Shown here one piece after another: positions 26,095 through 38,234 of a stretch of DNA of 64,000 nt. Positions within the stretch are counted from its first letter, which is position 1; each line of letters begins with the position of its first letter. The position numbers and the translations under genes are program-made. The notes below the pieces were generated by a model. It saw nothing but the letters and a program-made list of their open reading frames with translations, did not search any database and was not told the DNA's origin. Origin of the DNA: Hypanus sabinus (lineage: Eukaryota). The stretch is from positions 17,670,001 to 17,734,000 of the forward strand of contig NC_082734.1 in assembly GCF_030144855.1 (NCBI RefSeq), in the 5' to 3' direction.

Positions 26095-26626
26095 GCACTC
26101 AGTAACCACGTTATTTGGTACAGGTGTCTACGGAATAACGGCCACAGGGGTAGAGCCCAGTGTGCTCTTCTGCTGTAGAGGTTCGACGTGTGGTGCATTC
26201 AGAGGTGCTCTTCTGCACAGCACTGTTGGAAAGTATTTGAGTTATTGTCGCTGTCCTGTCAGCTTGAACCAGTCTGGCCATTCTCCTCTCACTGACAAGG
26301 CATTTTCGCCCACAGAACTGCCACTCGCTGGATGTTTTTTTTTGTTTCTCGCACCATTCTCTGTAAACTCTAAAGACTTGTGAAAATCCCAGCAGATCAG
26401 CAGTTTCTGAGATACTCAAACCACCCCATCTGGCACCAACAATCATTCCACGGTCAAAGTCACTTGGATCACATTTCTTCCCCATTCTGATGTTGGGTCT
26501 GAACAACAACCGAACCTCTTGACCACGTCTGCATGCTTTAATGCATTGAGTTGTTGCCATATGATTGGCTGATTAGATATTTGCATTAACAAGAAGGTGT
26601 GCTTTATAAAGTGGACACTGAATGTA
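26095..26626 (-). mobile_element. Internally deleted Tc1-like DNA transposon
   Basis: MGKKCDPSDFDRGMIVGARWGGLSISETADLLGFS (Tc1 transposase HTH N-terminus); degenerate CACTCAGT..CCAC TIRs; second copy on + at ~57330-57700. Confidence 0.75.
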
Positions 26627-27870
26627 TAACACCTCTCTTGTAATGATAACGTGTTCCAGCATTTCACTGTCTTCCCCTTTCACTGTGCACCCTGAATTCT
26701 CCATCTACAATAGCCTTCTCCTTAGAGAATACAGGTGAAAAGTGTTTGTTTAGAGCTGAGTTGTGTCCTGTATCCACACGTGTTACTATGTTGGTTCCTT
26801 ATGGGGCCTCATTCCCATTAATATACAGAAAAATGCTTTGGAATTTCCCCATAGTGTTGCCTGCCAGAAATATTACCCCCCTTTGTTTTCCTAATCTTTT
26901 TTCCGTCCTACTGCTCCACTCCACCCCGTCACTTGAGGTGCATCCCATTTCTAAATCTAGATCCCTGACATCAGATTTGCCATGCTTGTGTTCCAGTGTC
27001 CGGGAACACGTTGCCCCTGAACTCTCAATCACCTCAAAATGATTCACTAGTCCGATGTTGACCTGTCAGCAAAGTAACTCCTCCCTGTCTACTTTTGCCA
27101 AGTTCTGTCTGGTTTAGAAATTGGCCTTCCTCCAATTCGGGACCTTAGTTTCTAGACCACCGTCATCTCTTTCCATAACAACCTTGAAAAGTGCAAAGTT
27201 ATGGTTATCGTCTCAGAAATGTTCTCCCACTGACACATCAGCCACTAATAATACCATAAGACATGGGAGCAAAATTAAGCCTATCAGCTCACCTAGTCTT
27301 CTCCACCATTTCAATATGGCTGATCCATTTCCCTCTCGTCTCCATTCTTCTGTCTTCCCCCGTACCGTTTCATGCCCTGACTTACCAAGATCCTATCAAC
27401 CTCTTCCTTAAATACACACAATGACTTGGCCTCCACAGCTGCCTGTGGCAATGAGATTCACCATCCTCTGGATAAAGAAATTCCTCCTTGTCTGTAATTC
27501 TCTAAGACTGGGTCCAAAACTGCCCCTCTACATTCTGGCTTATAAGGCTCCCTGGGAACATTTTTAATTTTTTTTCTCCAATATTACATGGAATCACTTT
27601 TAGACACCTTGCACACTAATACTGGGGGAGAACGTTTCCTGCTGCAACTCTGTGTGAAGAGAGCGTGTCCCAAGTGGTGAGGGTCCTTAATGGTGAGCGC
27701 TGTTTTCTTCACCACCTCCTATTGATGAAGGGGAGAGTAGAGGAGTGCATGGAGTCAAATCCTTGGTACGGTCGGTTATGGTGATGGGGCTGATAGGACT
27801 GGCTTCCGACTGTCTCTGTGTGCCGCATGCTGCCTCTCACAGTGGTGCCTGACCTCTGTCTTTGCTGCAG

Positions 27871-27988
27871 GGCTTCCAGGTGGCCTACGTTGTGTTTAAG
27901 AAACCAGCCGGGATGATGTCTGCCCTGAAAGTCCAAGAGCCTTGGGTCCTGTCTCCGAAGGAGCACCCCATCAAAACAGGCCTTCAGA
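27871..27988 (+). CDS. RRP7A: RRP7A exon 4
   Basis: GFQVAYVVFKKP...EHPIKTGLQ; cag|...|gtgagt. Confidence 0.96.
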
Positions 27989-28219
27989 GTGAGTACCCCG
28001 GGTGGGGTCACTGACCTTGACGCAGAGCAATGCTGGGGCAAGGTAGAAAGCAGGGGTGGGGGGAGTACAGAATCCTGGGGTGGTGGATAAACGTGTTTCC
28101 AGAGTCAGGCAAGTGGGGGGGGGGGGGGGGTTACACTGTGCCGGTGTAACCCCCGTTGAATGGGAACCCAGGCTGGCTGCGCCTGCTCCTTCTGAATTCC
28201 AGTCCGGTCTCTTCCCCAG

Positions 28220-28317
28220 AGTGGATCCAGGAGTACTCATCCAGCATCATCGACCCTGAGGCGCTACAGAGCGACATCGACGAGTTCATGAAGCAACACG
28301 ATGAGCGGGTAGCAGAG
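28220..28317 (+). CDS. RRP7A: RRP7A exon 5
   Basis: (K)WIQEYSSSIIDPEALQSDIDEFMKQHDERVAE; cag|...|gtaggg. Confidence 0.95.
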
Positions 28318-28641
28318 GTAGGGTGGGGGGCGCAGTCCGTCACTGGGTGCCGGGGGTGGGGGGTGGCTAATCCTGGGTGTGGGAGGAGTCGCCATGTGGT
28401 TTATTGGCAAGAAGATGGTCTGGGGTGGGTACGATGCGGAGGGAGGGTCACGGGCAGGGTGGGTATGAGCATGGAGTAGGTGGGGGTGGGATCGGGTGGA
28501 GTGGGGTACGTGTGTGGTTCCTGATGGTTGGATGTGGAGGAGCTGGTGGTGTGATTGGACGGTGAGTCACAGAGTGGGCGGGTGTGGTGAGGATGGCGGG
28601 TTACAAGCCAGGGCCTCTCACGCCCCTCGTTCCACTCCCAG

Positions 28642-28840
28642 CTGGAGGCCGCCGCTGATGCTGAGGACGGGGTCCCGGACGAGGAGGGCTGGGTGAAGGT
28701 GACCAGGAAGGGCCGCCGGCCTGGTGTTCCCCGGACCGAGGCTCACAGCCTGCAGGCGATCCAGCGGGAGAAACGCAAGCGAGCCCAGAAAGAGCTGCTC
28801 AACTTCTACAGCTGGCAGCGAAAGGACGCCAAGCGAGAGC
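28642..28840 (+). CDS. RRP7A: RRP7A exon 6
   Basis: GVPDEEGWVKVTRKGRRP...KELLNFYSWQ (RRP7 domain); cag|...|gtgagt. Confidence 0.96.
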
Positions 28841-29349
28841 GTGAGTCTGACGGTGGCCGTCTCGGTGGGGGGGGGGGGGGTACTTCTGTTTCAACTCCGG
28901 GATGGTGGGCAAATGTAACACGGGAAGGGTGAGACCACAGCCGGTGCTCTCCAGTAAAAGTTCTCACTCCATCACAACCAGGTCCTGCAGACGAGTGTCT
29001 CTGATTTCCCCCACAGGAGTGTCTCTTGTTTTATTGAATCACAGAGCACTACAACATAGAAGCAAGCGTTTTGACCCATCTAATTTGTGTCAGCCTGATC
29101 TGCACCCCGACCAAATCCCTCCATACCCCTCTCATCCTTGTATCCATCCAAACTTCTCTTAAATGTTACAAATGAACTCGTGTCCACTGCTTCTGCTGGT
29201 GGCTCATTCCACACTCGCTGTCCTCTGAGTGAAGAAGCTTCCCCCTCAGATTCTCTTTAAATATTCCACCTTCCATTAAACCTGTGGCTTCCAGTTCTAG
29301 TCTCACCCAGCCTGCATGCATTCAACCTGCCTAGACTTAATTTTGTATT

Positions 29350-29880
29350 CCGGCCCTCCGTTGGTCAGGATCGATGATGGATGTTACGTCCCTGCTGTCT
29401 ACATGATAAACAAGCCAGGGCAGTACAATATGGAGAGCAGGCTGTTGCCTGTACAGCAGACCTACCCTCTCCACACAGCTGATGAGACCAAATGAAAGGC
29501 AGAGACCGATACACCAGTGTCTGCAGGAACTATCGGTCAGCTCCAGACTTTCTCCTTAATGTTTACTCCTGAAGCCTTCCCCATGAGTGGGTATCGCTGC
29601 GAGGCAGCAGAGTTTTGGAATCAGAGTTTTCCTTCTCCTAGATGAGCTGCCAGCCATGCTTGACAAGCCCCATCTGACCGAAACGACTGGTTTTAAGGTG
29701 CCAGTAACCCACCTTTGCCCCTTATTCTGTCAGTAGAAACGGTTCTGCTGGGCTTAGTAGCTAAACCACACGTGAACTTGGTTGTCAGTGGCTATTTGGG
29801 ACACACTCCATTGGGAGCATTTAATAGGCAGTGGGAGCCTATCCCCATACCACCCCCTGGCTACAACAACCTTAAGAAAC
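29350..29880 (-). mobile_element. RTE-like 5' region / non-autonomous element in RRP7A intron 6
   Basis: CATCTAGGAGAAGGAAAACTCTGA motif on - strand resembles RTE 5' UTRs; recognition from memory only. Confidence 0.4.
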
Positions 29881-30022
29881 CTAGTTTTGTGTACCTCTGT
29901 AAGATCTTCTGCACCCTGGGGGTTTCCCCTCCCTCCCTCACTATATCCTGACATCCCTCCCCTCTCCATCTTCTGGCATCTCTGCTCCTCCCCCAGCTCA
30001 GCCTCCGCCGTTCTCTTCCCAG

Positions 30023-30108
30023 ATATCGCCGAGCTTCGGAAGAAGTTTGAAGAGGACAAGCAGAGGATCGCTGTGATGAGGGCCGAACGGAAGTTCAAGC
30101 CTTACTGA
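30023..30108 (+). CDS. RRP7A: RRP7A exon 7 (terminal)
   Basis: IAELRKKFEEDKQRIAVMRAERKFKPY-TGA; seven exons sum to 819 nt = 272 aa + stop; candidate AATAAA at 31161. Confidence 0.97.
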
Positions 30109-31698
30109 AACCCGGTCGGGGTGGGGGCCGGCAGGGTAGGGGGTGGGATTCGGGTCGACGACGAGGCTGCAGCAATGAGGAAGGGCTTCAGAGAGGGTTC
30201 TTCCCTCATGCTCAGTCCTGTGGTACCCATGTGTGGGTCCACAACAGCTCAGGACGATAGCTATATGGGACTGGCCAAGACCTTGGGGTGGGTGATAGGG
30301 GCCGGGGCTTTATCATGTTATTCTGGTAACTGAACCCTTGCTGAGTGAACCGGAGCTGGCTGAACATTGAATGAGCTCATCCAGTCACAAGTCAGCGGGC
30401 ACTGGGCATACCTTGTGTCCTGGGGGCCATCCGCTGGGTACGGCAGAGGAACAGAAAAGGCTGCATGCACACCAAGTCAGGCAGCACCTGTGGAAAGAGA
30501 TGCAGAGTTTAAGGTCACCGTTCTTTGTAATTGGGAGATGATGTAGAACTTGCCCATTGACTACACATATCGCTGATCTGAATGTGTATGTTCCCTACAG
30601 AGCCCCGCTATATAAAAGCCTATTACTAACTGGGAAATGTAAGAGTTTCTTAAACAATGACATTGTCAAGTTCTGACAGGAACTCTTCAGATGCCATGAT
30701 TAAAATTAAAAAGTAATGGGAGCAAGAGATAAATTTCCTGCAGCTCGGTTTTTGCATAAGCTTGGATCTTGTCAATGTTTTCGAACCACTTCACCGTTGG
30801 GTCCTTGCCAAAGCTCCCAGTCCAGGGGCTAACTCTCACTGCCAGAGTGTTCCTCAGTGTGCAGGTGGTTGAGCTGCTGAATCAAACTCTCTGGGACCAA
30901 TCTGTCATTCCCCGAAACAGCCTTGCTGCAGTCGAATGTAGGTGAACAGTACAGATATTTGCAGGGTTCTTCGAGCGAATAAAGAGAAGCTGAGGCCACT
31001 CACAGTAATTCACCTGTTTGCCACTGCAGCTGTGAGTCAGTTCACTTCCCTGACTTCTCCCATTGCAGAGGAGGAGGGTTACTTTCACACTATTTATTGA
31101 ACCTGGAGCATTTCAACTTCATACCTGGAAATCTATTTCAGATTTTCTAAGATATTTGTAAATAAACAGCCAAAACGTAAACACCTTGTCCTGTGTTGGT
31201 CATTTGGAAACAAGAAAGATAATTGAGAGCTGAAGGCACAATAGATGGAGAGGCTGGAATCCAGAGCAAAAAACAAACTGCTGGGGGGCGGGGGTCAGTG
31301 GCCCAGGCAGGGTGGTGTGGGTGGGCAAAGGGGTGGAGACCATGTATCAGGACTGAGACTGCAGAGGGGAAAGGGCAGGTGGAGCAGGTTTGGGAGGGTG
31401 GGATGGAAAGAGATAATCTTGGGCAAATGGGGAAGGGATAGGGGACGTGCAGATGGGAGTGGGTAACCTGAACTCGGAGCTGGTTGTCATGGGGTGGGTT
31501 ACGTGCGCTAAGCTGGGAGGTGTAGGTGGTCTTCCTGTTCTGAGCCCCATCGGTGGTTGCGGTTCCGTCTCTTTCCAGCAGGCGTCCTCCGCGTGCGACG
31601 CTGTGCTTGCAGTTCTACATTGGCCCAACAGAGGCCCTCAGTCGCCAGGAGGTTGCTGCTTTGTGGTCAAGGGAAGGGGCAGTGGAGGCTGGAGTTGG

Positions 31699-32163
31699 TG
31701 TGAGGCTTTAGTTTGGAACTTTTATTTACGAAAGTTGGGCATGTACCCAATTTAGCAGGAGAATGATATATTAAGAATGTTAATGAAAGGTAGCTAAGAG
31801 ATGTAGATTAGAACAAGATTATGTCACGAAGTATTAAGAATGTAAACTTGCTATTTGCTAGAGAATGAAATCTTAGGAATGTAAAAGACCATAGTGTGTT
31901 AATGAGAGGTAGCTAAGAGATGTAGATTAGAACATGATTCAGTACGTGTGAAACTGGACCAGGAGATTGCTATAAAAAATGCTGTGTCCAAGGTTCGGTG
32001 GGCAATCAGCAACTAGCTCAATGACTGTCTCAGCTTTGATTTGCAAATTAAAGTTTAACCCTTCTTGAAGAATCTTCTGCATCTCCTGGTCGTTTGTGAG
32101 GCACGAAAAGCCACGACAGTGTGAGGCCATAGTTTGGGACTTTTATTTACGAAAGTTGGGCAT
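31699..32163 (+). mobile_element. ERV-like solo LTR with duplicated ~45-bp end
   Basis: TG...CA (ends 32118), internal direct repeats (GGTAGCTAAGAGATGTAGATTAGAACA x2), TATAAAA, ATTAAA. Confidence 0.6.
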
Positions 32164-33189
32164 CAGCACAGATGATCATTAGGAGCTGTCTGGAGCTGAG
32201 TTTTTGCATTTTCCAGGCATGACCCACTAAACAACTAAATGCATCCAACAGTCTCAAAAGTATTTCAACGAGATCAGAATCAGATTTAATATCACGGGCA
32301 TAAGTCATGAATGTTGTTTATATTTGCATCAGTAGTACATTGCAATATATAATAATAGGGAAAAAGTGAATTACAATGAGTATATTAAATATTGAAGTTA
32401 AAGAAGTAGTGCAAAAGTAGAAATAAAAAAGTAGTGAGGTTCATGGGTTCAATGTCCATTTAGGAATCGGATGGCAGAGGGAAAGAAGCGTTGAGTGTGT
32501 GCCTTCAGGCTCCTGTACCTCCTCTCTGATGGTGGCAATGACCTGGGTGATGGATGCTACCTTTTTGAGGCGTCACTCTTTGAAAATCCCCCGGAAGTTG
32601 TAACCCATGATGGAGCCGACTGAAATCTGAAAGGATCATCTTTATTTGGTATATGTACAGTGAAATGTGTCCTTTGCATGAAATCAAATGAATGAGGATT
32701 GTACTGGGTAGCCCACAGGCGATGCCATGCTCCTGGTTAATACAGCAGACCCACAACTTACCAACCCGAGCTATCCGGCTTGGAATGTGTGAGGAGACAG
32801 GAGTGCAGGATAAAACCCATGCTGTGACGAGGAAAACGTACAAACACCTTACAAGAAGTGACGGGATTTGAACCCTAATTTTACAACGGGCACTGCATTC
32901 ACTGGTATGGTGATGCAAAACTCTCAAAAACATCCTGGAGAGGTACAGAGGGTGATGCGGAATAGGGGCATGAATTCAGCGCAGCTCAGACCTGATCTGG
33001 GCATTACTCCGAGCCAGGCCAGAATCTCCCCATGTTGGTCAGAGTGTTCGCCCAGCATATCAGTGGGGTTCAGCTGTGTTTTGGGTCAGGAGGCAAGGCC
33101 GGAATGGGTAGCTTCACGCAGTCATCCTGCAAGACAAGTTTACTGATCGGTGGAAGGTGGTGAGGGTGGGGGAGAGTTGGCCCAGTATT

Positions 33190-35912
33190 GGCTGGGGAAT
33201 AGAAACCAGAGAGTGTGTACGGAACAGAATGATGTCAGTGTTGACGGTTGTAGTTGGGAGCTGAACGTCCAAGGTTACTCGTTTTATCAGAGGGGTAGGA
33301 CGGTAGGCAAAGAGGGTAATGTGGCTCTACTGGTAAAGAATGGCATCGAATCAGTACAAAGATGTGACATAGGATCGTAAGATGTTGTATCCTTGTGGTT
33401 TGAGTTAAGGAACTGCAAGGGTAAAAGGACATTGATGGCACGTATATACAGGCCTCACAACAGTGGCTGGGAGGCACACCACAGATAACAACAGGAAATA
33501 GAAAAGGCGAGTCAAAAGGGCAAAGTTATGGTGGTCGTGGGAGATTTTAACATGCAGTTTGATCGGGAAAATCAGGTTGGCAATGGATCTCAAGAGAGTG
33601 AGTTTGTTGAATGCCTAAGAGATGGCTTTTTAGAGCAGTTTGTCATTGAGCCTTCTAGGGGATCAGCTGTACTGGATTGGATGTTATGTAATGAACCAGA
33701 GGTGATTAACAAGCTTAAGGTCAAAGAACCAGTGATCACAATATGATTGAGTTCAATTTGAAATTTGATGAGGAGAAAGTAAGCTCTGATGTTGCTGTAT
33801 TTCAGTGGAGTACGGGAAATTACAGTGGTATGAGAGAGGAGACGGCCAACATAAATTGGAAGGAGCTTCTGGCAGGAATGTCAGCAGAGCAGCAATGGCA
33901 TGCGTTTCTGGGAAAATTGAGGAAGGTGCAGGATATGTGTATTCCAAAAATGAAGAAATACTCAAATGGCAAAATAGTACAACCATGGCTGACAAGGGAA
34001 GTTAAAGCCATTGTAAAACCAAAAGAAAGGGCATACAAGAAAGCAAAAAATAGTGGGGAGATAGGAGTTTGGGAAGTTTTTAAAAACCTACAGAGAGCAA
34101 CCAAAAAAAAAATCATTAGATGGGAAAAGATGAAATATGAAACCAAGGTTGCAACTAATATCAAAGTGGATTGTAAAAGTTTTTTCAAGTATGTTAAAAA
34201 TAAAAGAGAAATGAGACTGGATATAGGACCATGAGAAACTAAGGTAGAAGAAATAATAACGGGGGGCAAGGAGATGGCTGATGAACTAAATGAGTATTTT
34301 GCATCAGTCTTTACTGTGGAAGACACTAGCAGTATGCCTGATGTTGTAGTGTGTGATGGAAGAGAAGTGGGTGCAGTTACTGTTACATGAGAGAAGGTGC
34401 TCAAAAAACTGAAAGACCTAAAGGTACATAAGTCACCCGGGCCAGATGAACTGCACCCTAGGGTTCTGAAAGGGGTAACGTTAGAGATTGTGGTGGCATT
34501 GGAAATGAATGTTCAAAAATCATTGGACTCTGGAATGGTGCCAGAGGACTGGAAAATTGCAAATGTTACTCCACTCCAAGAAAAGAGGGTGGTAGCAAAA
34601 AGGAAATTATTGACCAGTTAGCCTGCCCTCAGTGGTTGGGAAGATGCTAGAGTCAATTGTTAAGGATGAAGTGATGGAGAACTTGGTGACACGGGACAAG
34701 ATAGGACAAAGTCAGCATAGTTTCAATCAGAGAAAATCTTACCTGACAAACCTGTTGGAATTCTTTGAGGAGATTACAAGTAGGGTAGATAAAGGGGATG
34801 CAGTGGATGTTGTATATTTGGACTTTCACAAGGCCTTTGACAAGGTGCCACACATGAGGCTGCTTACCAAGTTAAGAGCCCATGGTATTACAGGAAAGTT
34901 ACTAATGTGGTTAGAGCATTGGCTGATTGGTAGGAGGCAGTGAGTGGGAATGAAAGGATCATTTTCTGGTTGGCTGCCAGTGACTAGTGGTGTTCTGCAG
35001 GGATTGGCATTGGGACCATTTTTTGCATGCTGTATATGAATGATTTGGATGATGGAATAGATGTCTTTGTTGCCAGGTTTACAAAGATTGGTGGAGGGGC
35101 AGGTAGTGTTGAGGAAACAGGTAGGATACAGAAGGACAGACAGATTAGGAGAATGGGCAAGAAAGTGGCAAATGAAATACAATGTTGGAAAATACATGGT
35201 CATGCACTTTGGTAGAGGAAATAAATGTGCAGACTATTCTAAACAGGGAGAAAATCCAAAACTCTGAGATGCAGAGGGTCTTGGGAGTCCTTGTGCAGAA
35301 CACCCTAAAGGTTAACTTGAAGGTTGAGTCAGCGGTGAGGAAGGCAAATGCCGTTTCATTTCAAAAGATCTTGAATACAAGAGCAAGGAGGAGATGCTGA
35401 GGCTTTATAAGGCACTGGTGAGGCCGCACCTTGAGAATTGTGAACAATTTTAGGCTCCTCATCTTAGAAAAGAGAGGGTATAGAGGAGGTTCACAAGGAT
35501 GATTCCAGGAATGAAAGGGTTATCATATGAGGAACATTTGATGGCTCTGGGTCTGTACTCGCTGGAATTCAGAAGGATGGGGGGGGAATCTCATTGAAAC
35601 CTTTCAAATGTTGAAAGGCCTAGACAGAGTAGATGTGGGAAGGATGTTTCCCATGGTGGGAGAGTCTAGGACAAGAAGGCACAGCCTCGAGATAGAGGGG
35701 CACCCTTTCAAAACAGAGATGTGGAGAAATTTCTTTAGCCAGAGGGTGGTGAATTTGTGGAATCTTTTACCACAGGCAGCTGTGGAGGCCAGGTTGTTGG
35801 GTGTATTTAAAGCAGAGATTGATAAGTTCTTGATTGGACATGGCATCAAAGGATACAGGGAGAAGGCCGGGAACTGGGGTTGAGGGGGGAGAAAAGGTTC
35901 AACCATGATTGA
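33190..35912 (+). mobile_element. Near full-length ORF2 region of a degenerate CR1 LINE (3' UTR resumes at 36973-37035)
   Basis: APE endonuclease VVGDFN, KSPGPDELHPRVLK, VDVVYLDFHKAFDKVPH; multiple stops and frameshifts. Confidence 0.9.
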
Positions 35913-36972
35913 CCAGCTGTGGTGACTAGTGGGGTGCCAGTGGTGACTAGTGGGGTGCCACAGGGCTCGGTATTGGGACCACAGCTGTTTACAATTTACA
36001 TCAACGATTTGGATGAAGGCATTGAAAATAACATCAGCAAATTCGCTGATGATACTAAGCTGGGTGGCAGTGTGACATGTGATGAGGATGTTAGGAGAAT
36101 TCAGGGTGACTTGGATAGGCTGGGTGAGTGGGCAGATACTTGGCAGATGATTTTTAATGTGAATAAGTGTGAGGTTATCCACTTTGGGACTAAGAACAGG
36201 AAGGCAGATTATTATCTGAACGGTGTAGAGTTAGGTAAGGGAGAAATACAAAGAGATCTCAAAGTCCTTGTTCATCGGTCACTGAAGGTGAATGAGCAAA
36301 TGCAGCAGGCAGTGAAGAAGGCTAATGGAATGTTGGCCTTTATTACAAAGGGAATTGAGTACAAGAGCAAGGAAATCCTCTTGCATTTGTACAGAGCCCT
36401 GGTGAGACCACACCTGGAGTATTGTGTACAGTTTTGGTCTCCAGGGTTAAGGAAGGACATCCTGGCTGTAGAGGAAGTGCAGCGTAGATTCACAAGGTTA
36501 ATCCCTGGGAAGTCTGGACTGTCTTACGCAAAGAGGTTAGAGAGACTGGGCTTGTATACGCTGGAATTAAGGAGATTGAGAGGGGATCTGATTGAAACAT
36601 ATAAGATTATTAAGGGATTGAACAAGATAGAGGCAGGAAATATGTTCCAGATGCTGGGAGAGTCCAGTACCAGAGGGCATGGTTTGAGAATAAGGGGTAG
36701 GTCATTTAGGACAGAGTTAAGGAAAAACTTCTTCTCCCAGAGAGTTGTGGAGGTCTGGAATGCACTGCCTCGGAAGGTAGTGGAGGCCAATTCTTTGGAT
36801 GCTTTCAAGAAGGAGCTAGATAGGTATCTCATGGATAGGGGAATCAAGGGACATGGGGACAAGGCAGGAACCGGATATTGATAGTAGATGATCAGCCATG
36901 ATCTCAAAATGGCGGTGCAGGCTCAAAGGGCCGAATGGTCTACTTTTGCACCTATTGTCTATTGTCTATTGA
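35913..36972 (+). mobile_element. Younger 5'-truncated CR1 nested in the older CR1's 3' UTR
   Basis: Uninterrupted 320-aa frame with SGVPQGSVLGP and KFADDTKL; (CTATTGT)n tail. Confidence 0.92.
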
Positions 36973-37369
36973 ATGGCGGAGCAGATGCGATGGGCCAGAT
37001 GGCCTGATTCTGCTCCTGTGTCTTATGGTCTTATAGTACGTGATGTTGGCTGTTCTGTACTGTAACACCGGTCTGGGGCGTGGACTGGTGAGAAGGAGGT
37101 GGAGTGGGCAATGGGGCGGAGGCAGTGACAAACCCCAGGAGGGCAGAGTGGTGACGCAGCCGGATGAGGAATAGATGGAATTTAGAGGATTGAAGATTGT
37201 GATATGGCTTGATAGGTGGAATAATGTATCCTTCTCTGCTTTGCTCAGCCAACTACCCATCCAGATGCCTCAACGTTCTGCTCATTGGTACCTGCACAAG
37301 CGCACGTACGCGCAGATACAGCGAAACACCGATCTGCAGCGACATCTCAGGCACGTAACATCCCGTAAG

Positions 37370-37630
37370 GGTGACACAGTAGCATAGTGGTTAGCACAAC
37401 GACCCGGGTTCGATTCCTGCTGCTGCCTGTGAGGAGTCTGTACGCTCTCCCCAATACCGCGTGGGTTTCCTCCGGGTGCTCCGGTTTCCTCCCACAGTCC
37501 AAAGACATATCGGTTGGTAGGTTAATTGGTCACTGTAATCTGTCCAGTGACTAGGCTCGGGTTAAATTGGGGGTTGCTGGGTAGGGAGGCTCGAAGGGCC
37601 AGAAGGGCCTGTCCCACGCTGTATCTCAAT
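37370..37630 (+). mobile_element. tRNA-derived V-SINE (HE1-like); about 8 more copies in window
   Basis: A/B-box-like TAGCATAGTGG and GGTTCGATTCC, then V-domain GCGTGGGTTTCCTCCGGGTGCTCCGGTTTCCTCCCACAGTCCAAAGA; other copies near 3150, 6400, 6850(-), 16720, 17330, 32750(-), 54100(-), 59850. Confidence 0.8.
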
Positions 37631-37680
37631 TTAAAAAAAGCAATGTTTAAGAAAGATATAAATTAATCTTAAATTATACA

Positions 37681-38234
37681 TGTAACTCTCGCTTCAGCTA
37701 GTGGCTTAGTGTAGGGGGCGATAGCCCCCAGCCCAACCAAACCTAAGAAATCTCGTTTGGATGGTTGCTGCGCAATGTGTCCCTGTTACAAACAGTACCC
37801 CAAAATATCAAACAGTACCCCGAAATATCAAACAGTACCCCAAAATATCAAACAGTACATATATGATTAAACGATTAAGCTTTATAACTCTTACTTTGAC
37901 TATATAGTTAGTAAACAAAATGAAAAAAAAGAGCAAAAGGGCCCAATCTTATTAACCAGTCCGTTGCGCAGTGTTGTTGCTCACTGATAAGTCGATCGTA
38001 CACCATTGACCTCCTCCGATCGTCACTGACCTTCGGACCCTCCCCGTCCGGCGGTCTACCCACTCTCTCCATTCGCGTCTTCTCTCCTCAAAACTCCTCG
38101 TCAAAAGACCACGGAAATCTCTCTTCCAGACTCACAAGAAAGCATTCCAAACCCCGTTATCTCCAGTCATAACCCAAACATTGCAGCTGCAGAGAAACCG
38201 TTACGTTATCAGCGAAACCTTACAGCATGTTACA
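37681..38234. mobile_element. Solo LTR
   Basis: TGTAAC...GTTACA inverted termini; TSD TACA/CACA; internal 20-bp tandem (AAACAGTACCCCAAAATATC). Confidence 0.7.

Noticed and set aside
37370-37425. tRNA gene
   Set aside because: A/B boxes present but no cloverleaf; continues into the V-SINE core
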